Source: the human T2T-CHM13v2.0 reference genome, Homo sapiens. Taken from it: a DNA stretch of 64,000 nt. The notes under the pieces were generated by a model. The model was not told the DNA's origin. It did no database searches and saw nothing but the letters and a program-made list of their open reading frames with translations. The stretch is taken from the NCBI RefSeq assembly GCF_009914755.1, contig NC_060940.1; one strand, given 5' to 3'. The translations under genes and the position numbers were made by a program. This document shows positions 55,210 to 64,000 of the stretch, piece by piece. Within the stretch, counting starts at the first letter, position 1; each line of letters begins with the position of its first letter.

Positions 55210-55773
55210 TGAGAGGTGAAGCCCGCTGCATTTCCTGTATGGAGTGGGGACTTGGAGAACTTTTCTGTCTAGCTAAAGGTTTGTAAACGCACCAATCTGC
55301 ACTCTGTAAAAACTCACCAGTCAGCGCTCTGTGTCTAGCTAAAGGTTTGTAAACGCACCAATCTGCACTCTGTAAAAACGCACCAATCAGCAGGACATGG
55401 GCAGGGACAAATAAGGGAATAAAAGCTGGCCACCTCCAACCAGCAGTGGCAACCTGCTTGGGTCCCCTTCAACGCTGCGGACGCTTTGTTCTTTCGCTCT
55501 TCACAATAAATCTTGCTGCTGCTCAGTCTTTGGGTCTGCACCACCTTTGTGAGCAATAACACTCACTGCGAGGGTCTGCGGCTTCACTCCTGAAGTCAGC
55601 GAGACCGTGAACCCACTGGAAGGAAAAAACTCCAGACACATCTGAACATCTGAAGAAACAAAGTCCGGACACACCATCTTTAAGAACTGTAACACTCACT
55701 GCGAGGGTCCACAGCTTCATTCTTTAAGTCAGAGAGACCAAGAACCCACCAGAAGGAATACATTCCAGACACA
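55210..55773 (+). mobile_element. Solo LTR12-family (ERV9) LTR inserted into an Alu
   Basis: TGAGAGGTGAAGCC start, repeated GCACCAATC units, ends ...GACACA; 4-bp TSD TTAG. Confidence 0.9.
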
Positions 55774-57313
55774 TTAGGATTACAGGTCAATGTCATTTTA
55801 ATAGGTTTTTGGTTTTGATTTGGAGACTTCATTTGGTAAATTCTCAAAGAGTCAGCACTCAAAATATCAGCTAACACGTTGCTTCAACCCAAGAAGGATG
55901 ATGATCATGATGATGATACTAACTTGTACTGAGGACCTCCTATGGGCTGCCATACTTTATCTCATTTAATCATAATAGTCCTCTGGGGCTGGGTGTGGTG
56001 GTTCATGCCTATAATCCCAACACTTTGGGAGGCCTAGTCAGGCGGATCACCTGAGGTCAGGAGTTCCAGACCAGCCTGGCCAAAATGGTGAAACCTCGTC
56101 TCTACTAAAAATACAAAAATTAGCCGGGCCTGGTGATGTGCGCCTATAATCCCAGCTACTCAGGAGGCTGAGACAGGAGAATCACTTGAACCTGGGAGAT
56201 GGAGGTTGCAGTGAACCAAGATCACACTACTACGCTCCAGCCTGGGCAACAGAGTGAGACTCCATGTCAAAAGAAGAAGAAGAATAGTCCTCACCACTAC
56301 ACTCCAGCCTGGGCAACAGAGTGAGACTCCATGTCAAAAGAATAATAATAATAATAATAATAGTCCTCACCACTACACTCCAGCCTGGGCAACAGAGTGA
56401 GACTCCACATCAAAATAATAATAATAATAATAGTCCTCAGAATAGATAATAATGTCATTAGCATTTGAAAGAAAGTGAAGATTAAAGAAATTAAGGGACA
56501 CAACACACAGAGTCACACAGCCAGCAGGTGGCAGAGTCAGGGCTCAAACTCAGATCCTCTGGATTTCACGGCCCGCATTTTTGAAAACCATGCGATTCTC
56601 ATAAGCTCAGTGTCATGGACGTTTGAAATTCTCAACATGCTGGATGAAGTATCAAATTACCAGGATGAGATTGCATTATTTTTCCTTTCAATCAAGCAAA
56701 ATGACAGTTATAAAAGTGTCTTGCACTGGCCCCTGCTGCCTTGGCTCTTTATAATCACCCAGGATCCCTCCAAGTCCTTGGCATTCCCAGCAAAGCCGAG
56801 GCACTGAGCCAGGACAAGCAGCCAGGGCTCGGGGGCGGTGGCGGGGGGGTGAGGGGGTGAAGGGGAGGGTGTGGGGGGGTGTTGCTGCTTAATACTTCCA
56901 TGCAGATGGTGACTTCAGCCAGTTACTGAACTTGAAGCATTATCACCCTATGCTAATGCAAACAGACAGGGTTCTGGGGACTGTGGTGGCAGGGATAGTT
57001 TGTCCTCTAGGATTGTGGAATTGTATTACACACTTTTAGAAATGAAATGTATTCGTTTTTGAATTCTAAAACAATATGGGCTCAATATAGATGGTTGGAA
57101 AATTCATAAAATTAAAAAAAATCTTTCCCAAATTTCAACTCTAGAAACAACCATTGTTAATATTCTCTTGTATTTACTGCTAGTCATTTTATTTTTCATA
57201 CCTTAAAACCATTATTTATTGCTGGGCGTGGTGGCTCACGCCTGTAATCCCAGCACTTTGGGAGGCTGAGGTGGGCGGATCATGAGGTCAGGAGATCAAG
57301 ACCATCCTGGCTA

Positions 57314-57520
<207 letters not shown>

Positions 57521-58691
57521 TTATTTATTTATATTTTAGAGACAGAGACTCACTCTGTAGCCCAGGCAGGAGTGCAGTGGCACGATCATAGCTCACTCAC
57601 TGCAGTCTCAACCTCCTGGGCTCAAGCAATCCTCTCACCTCAACCTCCCGAGTAGCTGGGACTATAGGTGTATGCCACAACAGCTGGCTAATTTTTTTTT
57701 TTTTTTTTTGGTAGAGACAGGGTCTTGCTGTATTCCTCAGGCTGGTCTTGAACTCCTGGCCTCAGGCAATCCTCCTGCCTCGGCCTCCCAAAGTGCTGGG
57801 ATTACAGGTGTGAGCCACTGCACCTAGCCTGATTTCTTTTCTGATTATAAAAGTAATACAGGCCGGGCTTGGTGGCTCATGCCTGTAATCCCAGCACTTT
57901 GGGAGGCCAAGGTGGGCAGATCACTTGAGGTCAAGAGTTTGAGACGAGCCTGGCCAACATGGTGAAACCTCATCTCTACTAAAAATGCAAACATTAGCTG
58001 GGTGTGGTGGTGGGCACCTACACTCCCACCTACTTAGGAGGCTGAAGTGGGAGGATTGCTTGAACCTGGCAGGTGGAGGTTACAATAAGCCGAGATCAAG
58101 ATCGTGCCACTGTACTCTAGGGTGGGCAACAGAGTGAGACTATCTCAAATAAATAAAAGTAATACGTATACTTTGTAGAAACATTGGAGAATACAAACAA
58201 AACATTTATTATCATGACATACATAGGTAGTCACTATCAATATTTTGGTGTATGACATTTTAGTGTTTTTTCACCCTGGATGTGTATACATGTTTGTATA
58301 TACGTAAACAGGTAAAATTGGAATCACAGTAGCCGGGTGTGGTAGCCCATGCCTGTAATCCCAGCTCTTTGGGAGGCAGAGGCAAGAGAATCACCTGAGG
58401 CCAGGAGGTCAAGACCCACCTGGGCAACATGGCAAAAACTACATCTCCGCTAAAAATACAAAAATTAGTTGGGCAAGGTGGTGCATACCCGTAGTCCCAG
58501 CTACTAAGGAGGCCTGGGCGGGAGGACTGCTTGAGCCCGGGAGGTGAGCAGTGAGCCGACATCCCACCACAGCACGCTAGCCTGGGTGACAGAGCGAGAC
58601 TCTGTCTCAAAAAAAAAAAAAAAAAGGAATCACAGTATTTTTAAATTTCTACCATTATCATTCTATAAAATATGATTGAGATTACAGTGTG

Positions 58692-58722
58692 CACTTGATC
58701 TTAGCCAAAAGATCCAGAATGA
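58692..58722 (-). pseudogene. U2 snRNA 5'-end fragment (3'-truncated retrocopy)
   Basis: Minus strand TCATTCTGGATCTTTTGGCTAAGATCAAGTG vs U2 ATCGCTTCTCGGCCTTTTGGCTAAGATCAAGTG; 20-nt perfect core. Confidence 0.75.
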
Positions 58723-59157
58723 CAGCTCACACTTTATATTACAATTTGTATTCTACTTTTCCTGATATTTTGATTAAATTGTGCTATGTTTTCCCTATGA
58801 CATTTCCCTATTACATTTCTTTGTAAACATCATTTTAAATAAGTGTACAGTGTTACATTGCAGGCATACCATAAGTTTAGCCATTTCCCTTTTGTAAGAT
58901 ACTGACCCTTTTCTAATTTTTTCTACAGTTTACATAAATTGTAAAAAAAATATATTGTGTGAATGTATTTTTAGTAATTCAGATATTCCTTCGGGTAGAT
59001 TTCCATGAGTTGAATTTTTAGATCCAATAGATGTATTTTTTCTTTTTTAAATTATAAAATATTTTAATGTAGAGATAATTACATGACAAAGATCCCTAAA
59101 TGCACCAACCGTCTTTTAAGGGATACACACCCTTTTATTTATATATTATGTCTGTAA

Positions 59158-59316
<159 letters not shown>

Positions 59317-59758
59317 TGAGTAGCTAAGACTACAGGCACACACCACCCATGCCTGGCTAATTTTTGTATTTTTTGTAGAGAAGGGATTTTGCCATGTTGC
59401 CCAGGCTGGTCTCGAACTCCTGGGCTCAAGCGATTTGCCCACCTCAGCCTCCTCAAGTGCTAGGATTACAGGTGTGAGCCATTGTGCCTGGCCAGTAGTT
59501 TGGTCTTTTTCGTTGCTGTGCAGATTCAGTTGTATGAATATAGCATAATTTTTGTCCATTCTATTGTTGATAGACATTTGAGTTGTTTTCATTTCTTGTC
59601 ATTATGAGTAAAGCTCTTAACATTGGTGGACACAAGTATGTATTTCTCTTAGGGATATATCCAGGAATAGAATTGCTGCCAGACAGAAAAATATATATGT
59701 ATTTGTAGCTTTAGAGGGTATTGCCAGTCTTTTTTTATTTCTTTCTTTTTTATTTTGA

Positions 59759-59860
<102 letters not shown>

Positions 59861-60415
59861 TGAGTAGCTGGGATTACGGGCATGTGCCATCACGCCTGGC
59901 TAATTTTTGAATTTTTTTAGCACAGACGAGGTTTTGCCATGTTGGGCTGGTCTTGAACCCCTGACCTCAGGTGATCCGCCCACCTCAGCCTCCTAAAGTG
60001 CTAGGATTACAGGCGTGAGTCACCACGCCCAGCCATTATCTCTCATTTTCTAAAGTGGTAGTACCATTTTATACTCCGAACAGCAATAAATTGTAGTTAC
60101 ATTCTTACTAACTGCTAACTCATTTATTTACTAGCATCTGGACTAACATTTGGTATTGTCAGTCTTTTTAATTTTAGTCATTCTGGTAAGGGTGTAGTGC
60201 CCACCAGCCATCTCCAACAGATTTTAACATATATGCTTCAGATCTCTTTTAAGAAATATAAATTTAAATATTCATTAGTGAATCTAGTAAGGGATGTGTG
60301 TGCGTGTGTATATATATATATATTGTATATATACACACACATATACAAGAAAATAACATACATATTATATAAAATAACGTATATATACACATACTGTATA
60401 TATACACACACAAAC

Positions 60416-60446
<31 letters not shown>

Positions 60447-62462
60447 ATTTTGGAGACAGGGTCTCACTCTGTCATCTAGGTTGGAGTAGAGTGGTGTGGT
60501 CTTGCCTCACTGTAGCCTCGACCTCCCAGGCCCAAGCAGTCCTCCTACCTCAGCCTCCTGAGTATCTGGAATTATAGGTGTGTGCCACCACACCTGGTTA
60601 ATGTTTTAATTTTTGTAGAGATGGAAAACTGCTTTGCTGCCCAGGCTGGTCTCGAACTCCTGAGCTCAAGGATTCCTCCCACCTTAGCCTCCCAAAGTGC
60701 TGGGATTATAGGCATGAGCCACCGCACCTGGCCAAGGTCTGTATTTTTCTTATTGTACTAAACTTGCAACTTTTCTGTAGATTTAAAAATTTTCAAAATA
60801 CTGTAAATAGTTTAAAAATATATAAATTTTAGATATAGCTGAAACTAACTACTTACCCTTTCCCAGCCTCCTAAAGTAATTACTATCCTGAATGTAATGT
60901 TTATTTTATTTATTTTTTTTTTTTGAGACAGCGTCTCACTGTCACTGAGGCTGGAGTGCAGTGTCATGATCTCAGTTCACTGCAACCTCCGTCCCACGGG
61001 TTCAAGTGATTCTCCTGCCTCAACCTCCTGAGTAGCTGGAATTACAGGTGTGCGCCACCAGGCCCGGCTAATTTTTTTTTTTTTTTTTTTTTTTTTGTAT
61101 TTTTAGTAGAGACGGGGTTTCAGCATGTTGGCCAGGCTGGTCTCGAACTCCTGACCTCAGACTAACCGCCCGCCTCAGCCTCCCAAAGTGCTGGGATTAC
61201 AGGCGTGAGCCACTGTGCCTGGCCTGGTACAACTAATTTTAAAAGCAGGTTGACACTCTAGTCCAACTGGCAGATGTGCATACCCCATGCCATTGTAATT
61301 TTTCCCCCTAGAAAAACTCCTATTCAGTCGTACAGGGAAATGAGTATAAAAACATTTGCTGCTGCCATGTTTGTAATTGTGGACAATTGGGAATAATCTT
61401 TATACCTCATCAATGAAAAAATAGACCAATTATGGTTCATTCATGTAGAATACTATACAGTAGACTATGAACCAGAGTTACATGAATCAGAATTCGTATT
61501 TCTCAAAAGCATAATGTGGGCCGGGCACGGTGGCTCACGCCTGTAATCCTAGCACTTTGGCAGGCTGAGGCAGGTGGATCACTTGAGCCCAGGAATTCAA
61601 GACCAGCCTGAGCAACACAGTGAAAACCTGTCTCTATCTTTTTAAAAGGAAGAAAAGCATATTGTGGAACAACAACAGAAAAAAGCAACTTGCAGAATTA
61701 TAAAGTATGATATCATTTGTATAAATTATAAGAAAATGTTAAATAGCGCTATTATATATAATTTGTAGAGTTATACATATATACCTGAGAACAATAAACA
61801 TTACATTCATGCAGCCAGGCACAGTGGCTCATTCCTGTAGTCTCAGCACTTTGGGAGACCAAGGCGGGCAGATCACTTGAGCTCAGGAGTTCGAGACCAG
61901 CCTGGCCAACATGGTGAAACCACATCTCCATTAAAAATACAAAAAATTAGCTGGGCATGGTGGCACGCCTGTAGTCGCAGCTACTCAGGAGCTTGAACCC
62001 AGGAGGTGGAGGTTTCAGTGAGCCGAGACTATGCCACTGCACTCCAGCCTGGGTGACAGAGAGAAAAAAACAGTTGTACCAATTTATACTCCCACTAGCA
62101 TTAGATAAAAGTTCAAATTATGCCAGGCATGGTGTCTCACATCTGTAACCCCAGCATTTTTGGACTCTGTCTCAAAAAAAAAATCCACATCTTTTACAAC
62201 ACATGATTGTTAGATTTTTTAGTTTTTGCCTATCGGATGATATATTCTTATTTACATTTTCATTTTCCTTATTACTAAGGGGGTTGAGCAGCTTCTCACA
62301 TTAGGCCTTCCTCCTCTGCCCACATGACATGACTATTCATATTCTTTCCCTGTTTCCTACTGGGATATCATTTTCTTTTTTTCGTTTCTTTTCTTTTTTT
62401 GAGACGGAGTTTTCCTCTTGTTGCCCAGGCTGGAGTGCAATGGCATGATCTCGGATGACTGA

Positions 62463-62855
<393 letters not shown>

Positions 62856-62979
62856 TAGGCATCCACTGTCGCACTTCAAATTAAACAGACGCACACGACA
62901 GATATTCTCACAGAAAAGCAGTCAGCCAAGCCCAGAACCCATAGATCTAGGTCCACACTCACGCCTCTGCATGCTCCCC

Positions 62980-64000
<1,021 letters not shown>

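Overview
Human (primate) genomic DNA, very Alu-dense, recognisable as the 16p13.11 NPIP-MPV17L-BMERB1 interval. Minus strand, ~2.5-9.9 kb: the 5' part of an NPIPA-type gene (probably NPIPA5, by its position next to MPV17L). Three different phase-0 ATG exons (ACSM1-derived MVKL..., MFCC..., and signal-peptide-like MRVRW..., the last with a 69-nt duplication that doubles its splice donor) can each join the common exon VINTLADH.... Plus strand: the complete 4-exon MPV17L CDS (196 aa; 24694-36910) with a ~5 kb repeat-rich putative 3'UTR, and coding exon 1 of BMERB1/C16orf45 (63441-63546) in a CpG island. An old direct duplication (~13.3-23.3 kb vs ~37.7-46.0 kb) brackets the MPV17L coding exons. 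The copies differ by filled/empty insertion sites (L1PA, solo LTR7, AluY) and by non-homologous middles. Nested LTRs (LTR47-like/THE1, MER41A, LTR12), MER1 elements and a U2 snRNA fragment are also present. Most ORFs in the supplied track are Alu/L1 artefacts. Gene and repeat names come from recalled sequences, not database searches.
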